Below, in pieces: positions 1 through 8,070 of a stretch of DNA of 64,000 bases. The notes beneath the pieces are model-generated. The model was not told the DNA's origin and ran no database searches. It worked only from the letters and a program-made list of their open reading frames with translations. The number at the start of each line of letters is the position of its first letter. Position 1 is the stretch's first letter. The stretch is from an uncultured Prevotella sp. Its GTDB lineage: Bacteria; Bacteroidota; Bacteroidia; Bacteroidales; Bacteroidaceae. The DNA is taken from NCBI GenBank assembly GCA_900770845.1, contig CAAGLS010000131.1, positions 214 to 64,213 on the forward strand, written 5' to 3'. The translations under genes and the position numbers were made by a program.

Positions 1-83
1 GTTGTCACGGACTATCGTGCCAGTTGTCACGAACTATCGTGGCAATTATCACAGACTATCGTGACAACTGCCACGAATGTTGT
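1..83. repeat. Tandem array of about 3.7 units of a 22-bp repeat (consensus caGTTGTCACGGACTATCGTGc). Each unit carries an imperfect 7-6-7 palindrome, TGTCACG-N6-CGTGACA. The array may be truncated by the window edge.
   Basis: Read directly from the sequence. 22-bp periodicity with an ACTATCGTG core at positions 13, 36 and 58. A near-identical 83-bp array occurs at 27201-27283. Confidence 0.8.
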
Positions 84-445
84 ATACAGCTTGAAGAGCA
101 GGCAGAATGCCTTTGCGGGAGCCGTCATTCTCCCCCTGCGGGAGCCACCTATTGAGGCCTGAGTCTTTTTTTCCTTGTTTTGGATATTGCCATGGGCGAT
201 GCGTTTCCCCGCAGTAGCCCCTTGCGGCCATGGTGTTGGTTTTTGTCCATGTTGTGGCGTTGTGGTCTGCGGTGGCATCCCCATTGGGCGAATGTTGCCC
301 CGTCTTCGATTCTTTCCACGATTGCTCCGCCTCCCATCCATGCCGGGGCAAGACGATTCTGCAAGACGAAAAAACGCATTGCAGGGAGTGCAATCCCCGC
401 AATGCGTGTATGATGGCTATGAGAAATTTACTCCAGCGCTTGGAG

Positions 446-790
446 TCAGAGTTTGTTGCCGGCCTTCGGAAACACCACTGTCGGCTTGAAGTGCTTGGCC
501 TCCTCGAAGTCCATCAGCGCGTAGCTGATGATGATGACCTCGTCGCCCACTTGGACCTTTCGCGCGGCGGCGCCATTGAGGCAGATGCAGCCCGACCCGC
601 GCTCGCCCGCGATGACGTAGGTCTCGAAGCGCTCGCCGTTGTTGTTGTCCACAATCTGCACCTTCTCGCCGGCTATCATGTTGGCCGCGTCCATCAGGTC
701 CTGGTCGATGGTGATGGAGCCCATATAGTGGAGGTTGGCCTCCGTGACCGTGGCGCAATGGAGCTTTGATTTCAACACTTCTATCATCAT
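446..790 (-). CDS. panD: Aspartate 1-decarboxylase proenzyme (PanD)
   Basis: 114-aa ORF with the canonical pyruvoyl-dependent PanD sequence (...[19 protein letters not shown]...), and adjacent to panC. Confidence 0.9.
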   Translation of the reverse strand: MMIEVLKSKLHCATVTEANLHYMGSITIDQDLMDAANMIAGEKVQIVDNNNGERFETYVIAGERGSGCICLNGAAARKVQVGDEVIIISYALMDFEEAKHFKPTVVFPKAGNKL

Positions 791-1641
791 GCCTGTTTGT
801 ATTTGATGTGGTCGATGAGTCGTATGGGTGTATGTCCGCAGTTGACTGTGATGCAGCCCACCACGTAGTTGCTGTCGTTCCAGTCGTTGACATCGAGCAG
901 CGTGTTGCCGTCAACAATCTCGAAGTATTCGGTTTCGAGTCCGTCGATGGCGTCGATGTCGGCCACCACCTTGTCGTGGGTCTCCTTCACGGAGTGGTCC
1001 TTGGCGTAGTCGACGCTCTCCTTGAGCACCCTGAAGATGTTGGGGGCGATGGCGCGCTCCTCGGGAGTGAGGAGCGAGTTGCGTGAGCTCATGGCCAGGC
1101 CGTCGGGCTCGCGCACGATGGGGCACTCCACGATTTCCACGTCCATGTTGATGTACTTCACGAGGCGTTTCACCACGGCGATCTGTTGCCAGTCCTTCTC
1201 GCCGAAGTAGGCGCGGTCGGGCCTTACGATGTAGAAAAGTCGGCTCACCACCTGGCAGACGCCATTGAAGTGGCCGGGCCGTTTGGCTCCCTCCATGACG
1301 CTTGTCACCGGCGGAAAGTCGAAGTGGCGCTTGTCGGGAGTGGGGTACATCTCCTTCACCGATGGGGCGAAGACATAGTCGGCATGGCATTCTTCCAAAA
1401 GTTTGCAGTCGGCATCCAAGTTTCTCGGGTAGCGTTCCAAGTCGCCCTTGTCGTTGAACTGAGTGGGGTTGAGGAAGACGGAGACGACGGTGACATCGTT
1501 GTCTTCCACGCTGCGCTTCACGAGTGAGGCGTGACCCTGATGCAAAGCGCCCATGGTGGGCACCAAACCAATCTTCTTACCTTCTTTGCGCACTTCGAAG
1601 AGTTCGTTTTGAAGGTCTACAATCTTTTCGAATAATTTCAT
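787..1641 (-). CDS. panC: Pantoate--beta-alanine ligase (PanC)
   Basis: ORF 787..1716. Start placed at the internal Met ([11 protein letters not shown]...). Carries the PanC signature [10 protein letters not shown]. Has a 4-bp overlap with panD. Confidence 0.88.
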   Translation of the reverse strand: MKLFEKIVDLQNELFEVRKEGKKIGLVPTMGALHQGHASLVKRSVEDNDVTVVSVFLNPTQFNDKGDLERYPRNLDADCKLLEECHADYVFAPSVKEMYPTPDKRHFDFPPVTSVMEGAKRPGHFNGVCQVVSRLFYIVRPDRAYFGEKDWQQIAVVKRLVKYINMDVEIVECPIVREPDGLAMSSRNSLLTPEERAIAPNIFRVLKESVDYAKDHSVKETHDKVVADIDAIDGLETEYFEIVDGNTLLDVNDWNDSNYVVGCITVNCGHTPIRLIDHIKYKQA

Positions 1642-1776
1642 CGTGTATTGTTTTATCAAGTGCAAAGTAACAACTTTTTTGTTGAATAAGAAAGAAATAT
1701 TATGAAAATATGCCAATAAATCTTTCTAAAAAAACGTTTTGTCGCAGGGTGGTGCGTTTTTCTCAACTTTTTTTAG

Positions 1777-1784
1777 TAACTTTG
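1777..1784 (+). promoter_or_regulatory. Bacteroidetes-type -7 promoter box (TAACTTTG) for the glycogen-synthase-like gene
   Basis: Match to the TAnnTTTG consensus, 21 bp upstream of the ATG at 1805. Confidence 0.45.
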
Positions 1785-1804
1785 CAATGTTAATAGAGTG
1801 CATT

Positions 1805-2614
1805 ATGGCTAAAAAAGTATTATTCATCAACCAGGAAATCATCCCTTATGTGCCAGAGACAGAAATGTCCCGGATGGGTAAGTTGTTGCCGGAGAAGACC
1901 CAGAGCGACGGGTTTGAAATCCGGACATTCATGCCCAAATGGGGAAACATCAACGAACGTCGCGGCCAGTTACATGAGGTGATAAGACTCTCGGGGATGA
2001 ATCTCATCATCAATGATACCGACCATCCATTGATCATCAAGGTGGCCAGTATTCCCACGTCGCGCATTCAGGTGTATTTCATTGATAATGACGACTACTT
2101 CATGAAGCGTGCGGCCATGACGGCCGACGATGCCGGCAACGAGTATGCCGACAACGGTGAGCGTGCCATCTTCTTCGCGCGCGGCGTGCTGGAGACGGTG
2201 AAGAAGCTGCGCTGGACTCCTGACGTCATCCACTGCCAAGGCTGGATGAGTGCCGTGGTGCCTCTCTATGTGAAGACGGCCTATCACGACGAGCCCTCGT
2301 TCGCCAACTCCAAGGTGGTGACTTCGCTCTTCACGAGCCAGCTGAAGGGTGGTCTCAGCGACGGGTTCAAGAAGAACGTCGTGTTCAAGTCGGCGACGGC
2401 CGAACTGCTGAAATGCTACAACGACAAGTTCGACTTCATGGAGCTGGGCAAGCTGGCCGTCGACTTCAGCGACGCTGTGGTGCAGGCCAGCGCCGACGTC
2501 AATGCCGAACTGCTTCAGTATGCCAAGGGCAAGGATCTGCCGGTGATGGACTATCCCGGTGAGGACTTTGGGTCGGCTTACTCTGAGTTTTACAAACAAA
2601 TCAGTCAGGACTGA
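1805..2614 (+). CDS. Short glycogen/starch-synthase-like protein: GT5 N-terminal catalytic domain only, about 269 aa
   Basis: ORF 1739..2614, start moved to MAKKVLFINQEI. The N-terminal region resembles the starch-synthase catalytic domain. It lacks the C-terminal GT1 half, as is typical of the Bacteroidales short form. Confidence 0.7.
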   Translation: MAKKVLFINQEIIPYVPETEMSRMGKLLPEKTQSDGFEIRTFMPKWGNINERRGQLHEVIRLSGMNLIINDTDHPLIIKVASIPTSRIQVYFIDNDDYFMKRAAMTADDAGNEYADNGERAIFFARGVLETVKKLRWTPDVIHCQGWMSAVVPLYVKTAYHDEPSFANSKVVTSLFTSQLKGGLSDGFKKNVVFKSATAELLKCYNDKFDFMELGKLAVDFSDAVVQASADVNAELLQYAKGKDLPVMDYPGEDFGSAYSEFYKQISQD

Positions 2615-2659
2615 CCTGCGGGCATCAGTCACGACAAACAGAAGATTGACAACTTTTTT

Positions 2660-4081
2660 ATGAGCATCAAATATATTGCCGGCCTCGCTGTGGCCCTCCT
2701 CACCCTCTTTTCTTGTGACGACACCACCGACACCATTGGCGGCTCGCTGATTGGCAACGGTGATGCCATCGAGACGGCTACCGACACCTTCGTGGTGGCT
2801 ACGCAGTCGGTGGTGGCCGATTCTGTGCTGTCGCGCAACACCACAGGCTATTTGGGCAGAATCAAGGACCCGGAGACCGGAGCCTACGTGGAGGGCGACT
2901 TCATGACACAGTTTCATGTGATAGAGGATTACAGCCTGTTTCTGAACCGCGACTCCATCAAGAGCAGGTGGAATGGCGATGTCAGCGCCGACTCCTGCGA
3001 GCTGTTGTTCTATTACTCCGACTTCTATGGCGACTCGCTTGCCTCCATGAAGGCCCGCGTGTATGAGATGGACAAGCCCATGGTGGAGGGAACCAACTAC
3101 TACTCCGACTTCGACCCCATGAAGGCTGGCCTGATCCGCAAGAATGGATTCGCCGTAGACAAGGTGTATTCCATCACCAACCTCTCGCAGAGCACCTCCG
3201 AACGCTACAACTCCAACTATGTGCCTTATTTCAGCATTCCGCTCAACGACCCTTACACCGACAAGAACGGCGTGACCTACAACAATTTCGGCACTTACGT
3301 GATGAGGATGTATTACAGCCATCCCGAATACTTCAAGAACTCTGTGGCCTTGGCCAACCATGTGATTCCCGGCGTGTTCATCAAGCATGTCAGCGGACTG
3401 GGTTCTATGGCTTACATCAACTCTGTCAGGCTGCTGACCTACTATGACTATCAGCAGAACGACAGCGTGGGCGCCGTATACTCGTCGCTCGATGGCACGG
3501 AAGAGGTGCTGCAGACCTCGACCATCACCAACGACAAGGGAGTCATCGACCGCTTGGCCGCCGACAACAGCTGCACCTATCTGAAGACGCCCGCCGGCAT
3601 CTTCACGGAGGTCACCTTCCCCGTGGACGAGATCTTGGGCGGCTCCCACAGCAACGACAGCATCAGCAGCGCGCGGCTCGTGCTGCAGCGCATCAATTCG
3701 GAGACCACAAGCGACTATGCACTCAAACCGCCCTCAACGGTGCTGATTGTCCCCAAGGACAGCCTCTACTCCTTCTTCGAGAACAAGGAGATAGCCAACA
3801 GCCGGTATACATTCCTGGCCAACTACAGCAGCACCGACAACACCTACACGTTTAACAATATCTCTGGCCTGGTGCGGTTCATGAAGACGAGGAAGGGATT
3901 GTCGGCAGACTGGAACAAGGCCATCGTCGTGCCTGTCAGCACAACCACCACGACGGTGAACCAGTCGACCTATATCACCTCTGTTGTCCACGACATGTCG
4001 CTCACGAGCACCCGCCTTGTGGGGGGGAGCGGCACGACGCGCCCCGTGAGGCTCACCGTGATATACAGCAAGTTCAAGTGA
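2660..4081 (+). CDS. Lipoprotein, DUF4270-like family (hypothetical)
   Basis: SpII signal with lipobox (LLTLFSC). 473 aa. The Bacteroidales context after the glgA-like gene fits. The family assignment is from memory. Confidence 0.6.
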   Translation: MSIKYIAGLAVALLTLFSCDDTTDTIGGSLIGNGDAIETATDTFVVATQSVVADSVLSRNTTGYLGRIKDPETGAYVEGDFMTQFHVIEDYSLFLNRDSIKSRWNGDVSADSCELLFYYSDFYGDSLASMKARVYEMDKPMVEGTNYYSDFDPMKAGLIRKNGFAVDKVYSITNLSQSTSERYNSNYVPYFSIPLNDPYTDKNGVTYNNFGTYVMRMYYSHPEYFKNSVALANHVIPGVFIKHVSGLGSMAYINSVRLLTYYDYQQNDSVGAVYSSLDGTEEVLQTSTITNDKGVIDRLAADNSCTYLKTPAGIFTEVTFPVDEILGGSHSNDSISSARLVLQRINSETTSDYALKPPSTVLIVPKDSLYSFFENKEIANSRYTFLANYSSTDNTYTFNNISGLVRFMKTRKGLSADWNKAIVVPVSTTTTTVNQSTYITSVVHDMSLTSTRLVGGSGTTRPVRLTVIYSKFK

Positions 4082-4209
4082 TGGCAGACAATTTTCTTGA
4101 GCGTCGTCAGCGCGACTACGAAGAGCGAAAGGCACGCTGGCTCCAGAAAAAGCATCATCGGCCAATGGCCAAACACCGTATGGAGAGACCTGACGACGAG
4201 GCTTTATAA
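4081..4209 (+). CDS. Putative 42-aa highly basic small protein (MADNFLERRQRDYEERKARWLQKKHHRPMAKHRMERPDDEAL), translationally coupled to the upstream gene
   Basis: Its ATG overlaps the TGA of the DUF4270 gene (TGATG). Open for 42 codons. Not in the supplied ORF track because it is under the size cut-off. No homology inferred. Confidence 0.3.
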   Translation: MADNFLERRQRDYEERKARWLQKKHHRPMAKHRMERPDDEAL

Positions 4210-4277
4210 ATAAATAAAACAATCTAACGCTGAATGGTTGTGCTTCGGCACAACCATTTCTTTTCTTCTGACTGAGT

Positions 4278-5525
4278 ATGATGAGACTTTCACTTATCGC
4301 AGCAATGTTCCTGTTGGCCTCACAGCATTCGGCGGGCCAGCGAAATGAGATCCTCAACGACCGCATTGCCTCACTGCAGGTGGTGGCCGGAGACGACTGG
4401 CTGTCCATGCCCGTGGTCAACCTTGACGGCTCCACACCCCTCAACGTCTCCTTCGACGACCTCACCCACGACTATACCCGCTACTGCTACAAGCTCATCC
4501 ATTGTGAGGCCGACTGGACTCCGTCGGACCAGCTCTTCACCAGCGACTACTGCGAGGGGTTCAGCGAGGGCAACACCATCGACGACATTTCCCAGTCCAT
4601 CACCACCAACACCCTCTACACGCACTACCGGCTGCGGCTTCCCAACCCGCAATGCCGCATGAAGATGAGCGGCAACTACAAGCTCGTGGTCTATGACGGC
4701 AACGATGAGGACAACGTGGCCTTCACGGCCTGCTTCATGGTGGTGGAGCCGGTGATGGGAGTGGGGCTCGGCATCGTTACCAACACCGACGTCGACGTGA
4801 ACAACCGGCACCAGCAGGTGGAGATGGACCTGCGATACAACGATGCGTTCAACATCACCGACTATCGGCGGCAAATCAAGACTGTGGTGCTGCAGAACGG
4901 AAGATGGGACAACGCCGTGTGGAACTCCCAGCCACAGTATGTCACCAACGAGGGACTGCGGTGGCAACACTGCCGCCAGCTGATTTTCCCCGGCGGCAAC
5001 GAATTCCGCAAGTTTGAGATGCTCGACATGAACCACACGACAATGGGTCTGGAGAACATCCATTGGGATGGCCGTCAATACCAAGCCTATGTGTGGACCG
5101 ACGAGCCGCGCAAGAACTATGTCTACGACGAGGATGCCAATGGCGCTTTCTATATCCGCAACAGCGACAACGTGGAGAACGATGTGGCCAGCGACTACGC
5201 CTTGGTCCATTTCCGCCTTATGGCACCTCCGCAGTCTGACGGCATCTATCTCAATGGTGTCTGGACCAGCGACCGGTTTGTCCCCAAATACAAGTTGGAG
5301 TACAATCAGGCAAGCCAGAGCTACGAGGTGGCCGTCCCCTTGAAGCAAGGCTACTACAGCTATCAATATCTGTCGGTCGGGCCAGACGGCAAGGCGAGTC
5401 CTTTGCTTACGGAGGGCAACTTCTATCAGACGGAAAACACCTATCAGGCACTGGTGTACTACCGGGGAAACGGCGACCGCACGGACCGTCTCGTAGGCTA
5501 CCAGAACGTGAAATTCAAATTGTAG
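4278..5525 (+). CDS. Secreted hypothetical protein (DUF5103-like)
   Basis: N-terminal signal peptide (MMRLSLIAAMFLLASQHSAGQ). 415 aa. Family assignment tentative. Confidence 0.55.
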   Translation: MMRLSLIAAMFLLASQHSAGQRNEILNDRIASLQVVAGDDWLSMPVVNLDGSTPLNVSFDDLTHDYTRYCYKLIHCEADWTPSDQLFTSDYCEGFSEGNTIDDISQSITTNTLYTHYRLRLPNPQCRMKMSGNYKLVVYDGNDEDNVAFTACFMVVEPVMGVGLGIVTNTDVDVNNRHQQVEMDLRYNDAFNITDYRRQIKTVVLQNGRWDNAVWNSQPQYVTNEGLRWQHCRQLIFPGGNEFRKFEMLDMNHTTMGLENIHWDGRQYQAYVWTDEPRKNYVYDEDANGAFYIRNSDNVENDVASDYALVHFRLMAPPQSDGIYLNGVWTSDRFVPKYKLEYNQASQSYEVAVPLKQGYYSYQYLSVGPDGKASPLLTEGNFYQTENTYQALVYYRGNGDRTDRLVGYQNVKFKL

Positions 5526-5533
5526 CGAAGCCC

Positions 5534-6466
5534 ATGAAAATATCGTTCATCATTACTACTTACAACCTGCCCGCGGGGCTGCTCGTGGAGTGCGTCAACA
5601 GCATCCTGAGGCTTTCCCTGAGGCCTACCGAGCGAGAGGTCATCGTCATCGACGACGGCTCCGACATGAGTCCGCTCGAAGACTTGCTTGAGACTTCCGA
5701 AGACATCCTCTACCTGAGGCAGCCCAATGGCGGACTCTCCGCGGCACGCAACATGGGACTCCGCGTGGCCTCGGGCGACTACATCCAGTTTGTCGACGGC
5801 GACGATATGATTATCGCTGCTCCCTACGAGCATTGCCTCGACTTGGTGAGATTCCACAATCCCGACATGGTCTTGTTCAAGCTCTCCGATTCCGCCAACC
5901 AAAAGACTTCCTTCTCCTACGATGGTCCTGTGGACGGGGCGCAGTACATGCGCGACAACAACCTCAATGGCTCGGCCTGTGGCTATATCTTCAGGCGTTC
6001 CATCCTCGGCGACTTGCGCTTCACCCCCAAGACGCTCCATGAGGACGAGGAGTTCACCCCCCTGTTGGTGCTGCGCGCCCAGCGCATCTTCTGCGGCGAC
6101 TGTGCGGCCTATTACTACCGTCAGCGCAAGGAATCCATCATCCACAAGAAGAGCGGGAACCACCACCTTCGCCGGCTGATGGACATGGAGCGGGTGATAG
6201 GCCGATTGGTGGATGTGGCCGACAAGCTGCCTGTTGATGGCAAAGCGGCCTTGGAACGGCGGATAGCGCAGCTCACGATGGACTATCTCTACAATACCAT
6301 CAAGCTCACCCACAGCCGACGCCATCTGGAAGAGACCATGGAGAGGCTCCGCGACCACGGCCTCTATCCCTTGCCCGACAAGAACTATACGCGCAAGTAC
6401 CAGTTGTTCCGCAAGGCCATCGACACCAAAGTGGGACGCGACATGATGCTCATGCTCATCAGATAG
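5534..6466 (+). CDS. Glycosyltransferase family 2
   Basis: N-terminal ISFIITTYN...VIVIDDGSD...DGDD motifs of GT-A/GT2 enzymes. Confidence 0.85.
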   Translation: MKISFIITTYNLPAGLLVECVNSILRLSLRPTEREVIVIDDGSDMSPLEDLLETSEDILYLRQPNGGLSAARNMGLRVASGDYIQFVDGDDMIIAAPYEHCLDLVRFHNPDMVLFKLSDSANQKTSFSYDGPVDGAQYMRDNNLNGSACGYIFRRSILGDLRFTPKTLHEDEEFTPLLVLRAQRIFCGDCAAYYYRQRKESIIHKKSGNHHLRRLMDMERVIGRLVDVADKLPVDGKAALERRIAQLTMDYLYNTIKLTHSRRHLEETMERLRDHGLYPLPDKNYTRKYQLFRKAIDTKVGRDMMLMLIR

Positions 6467-6480
6467 GGGAGACGAAGACT

Positions 6481-7590
6481 ATGAAGATTCTTCTGATGGG
6501 CGAATACAGCAATGTGCATTGGACGCTGGCCGAGGGACTCAGGGCCTTGGGCCATGATGTCACTGTGCTCTCCAACGGCGACTTCTTCAAGAACTATCCC
6601 CGCGACATCGACCTCGTGCGCAAGCCGGGATGGCTCGGGGGGCTGGAGTATATGGCCAAGCTCCATTTCGTCAAGCCCATTCTGAGAGGCTATGATGTGG
6701 TGCAGCTCATCAACCCCATGTTCCTTGAGTTGAGGGCCGAGCGCATCTTCCCTGTCTATAGGTATCTGCGCCGCCACAACCGTGCCATGTTTCTCGGTGC
6801 CTTCGGCATGGACTATTATTGGGTGCATGAGAACGACACGAGGAAGCCCCTCCGCTACAGCGATTTCAATATCGGCGATCAGCTGCGCCATAATGCCGAC
6901 GCGGAGAAAGAGCGTCGCGACTGGGTGGGTACGGCCAAGGAGAGGCTCAACAAGACCATCGCTGCCGACTGCGACGGCATCATCGCCGGACTCTATGAAT
7001 ACAAGGTTTGCTACCAGCCGTTGTTTCCCGAGAAGACTACTTTCATTCCCTTTCCCATTAAGTCCAAGCCTGATGTTGGCATAATAAAGGACAAGCTGCC
7101 GGGCGACAAGATACGGCTCTTCATAGGCATCAACCGTGAGCGGGCTGCGTATAAGGGTACCGACATCATGCTCGCCGCCGCCCGTCGGTTGGCCTCCCGC
7201 TACCCCGAGAGGGTGGAGCTGCGTGTGGCAGAGAATGTCCCCTTCAAGGAATATGTGGAGATGATGAATGGCAGCGACGCCATCCTCGACCAGCTCTATA
7301 GCTACACCCCATCGATGAATCCTTTGGAGGCCATGAGCAGGGGCGTCATCTGCGTGGGTGGGGGAGAGCCCGAGAACTATGAGATACTGGGCGAGGACCG
7401 TCTGCGCCCTATCGTCAACGTGCAGCCCAACGAGGAGAGCGTCTATAGCCAGTTGGAGCTGCTTGTGCTGCACCCGGAAAGGATTGGCCGGTTGAAGCGT
7501 CAGGGCATTGAATACATCCGCCGCCACCACGACTATAAGACGGTGGCCCAAAGATACTTGGATTTCTATGTCGCAAAAGGTAACTTATAA
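6481..7590 (+). CDS. Glycosyltransferase family 1 (GT4-like)
   Basis: 369 aa. C-terminal GT-B fold features (E-x7-E-like region, ...LEAMSRGVICVGG...). Confidence 0.75.
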   Translation: MKILLMGEYSNVHWTLAEGLRALGHDVTVLSNGDFFKNYPRDIDLVRKPGWLGGLEYMAKLHFVKPILRGYDVVQLINPMFLELRAERIFPVYRYLRRHNRAMFLGAFGMDYYWVHENDTRKPLRYSDFNIGDQLRHNADAEKERRDWVGTAKERLNKTIAADCDGIIAGLYEYKVCYQPLFPEKTTFIPFPIKSKPDVGIIKDKLPGDKIRLFIGINRERAAYKGTDIMLAAARRLASRYPERVELRVAENVPFKEYVEMMNGSDAILDQLYSYTPSMNPLEAMSRGVICVGGGEPENYEILGEDRLRPIVNVQPNEESVYSQLELLVLHPERIGRLKRQGIEYIRRHHDYKTVAQRYLDFYVAKGNL

Positions 7591-7861
7591 ATGCAGCAAA
7601 TGCGGCTACGAGGCCGACGTGTATGAGGGAAAAGGTCTCTTTGGGCAGCACATCACCGCCGTGAGCTGTCCCGACTGCCACACCATACAGAATCTTGTCG
7701 TTGGTGGCGGGATAGGGCAGGTGGCTCCGTCGTTCACCACAGAGGTGGGACGGCTGTGCCTGCGTTGTGGCAGCAACCGCATCCAGATATGGGACAAGCG
7801 GACATGCCCAAAATGTGGCGGTGTCATGAGGCCCACAGGGCAGTCGGAGTTCTGGACATAG
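7568..7861 (+). CDS. Small double zinc-ribbon protein (four CxxC pairs), hypothetical
   Basis: ORF 7508..7861, start moved to MSQKVTYKCSKCG. Motifs CSKC, CPDC, CLRC and CPKC. Overlaps the 3' end of the GT4 gene by 23 nt in another frame. Confidence 0.55.
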   Translation: MSQKVTYKCSKCGYEADVYEGKGLFGQHITAVSCPDCHTIQNLVVGGGIGQVAPSFTTEVGRLCLRCGSNRIQIWDKRTCPKCGGVMRPTGQSEFWT

Positions 7862-7908
7862 GCGGCAACACAAGCCTCGCGCGTTTGCACTTTTTAATGT
7901 GGATTTTG

Positions 7909-7954
7909 GACAGTCTTTGTCCCCTTTTTGGCAAAAAAGACCGCCAAAGACTGC
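7909..7954. promoter_or_regulatory. About 45-bp near-perfect palindrome (gaCAGTCTTTGtccCCTTTTTGGCAAAAAAGaccgcCAAAGACTGc) in the hut operon leader. Candidate operator.
   Basis: Read from the sequence: outer 9-bp arms CAGTCTTTG / CAAAGACTG flank an inner CTTTTTGGCAAAAAAG near-palindrome. Lies about 120 bp upstream of the ftcD ATG. Confidence 0.4.
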
Positions 7955-8070
7955 AATTATTTGACCAAAATGCGTCAATTATTAAATTTTAAACCCAAAT
8001 ATTTGCCCGTATCAAAAAAAAGATGTAATATTGAACCATCAAATATATTACTATAGCCAACTGTTAACCA

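Noticed and set aside
1970-3649. 559-aa minus-strand ORF overlapping the glycogen-synthase-like and DUF4270-like genes. Similar long antisense ORFs occur at 4371..5366, 5498..6358, 6385..7551, 7975..9018, 9022..9870, 11193..12017, 13854..14981, 24769..26568, 27467..28456, 29319..30137, 40538..41785, 42404..43498, 43694..44911, 48423..49421, 50301..51785, 51915..52859 and 62548..63504.
   Set aside because: These are shadow ORFs typical of GC-rich coding DNA. Their translations are low-complexity and rich in G/A/V/R/H with no recognisable motifs. In every case the opposite strand carries a gene with clear family signatures.
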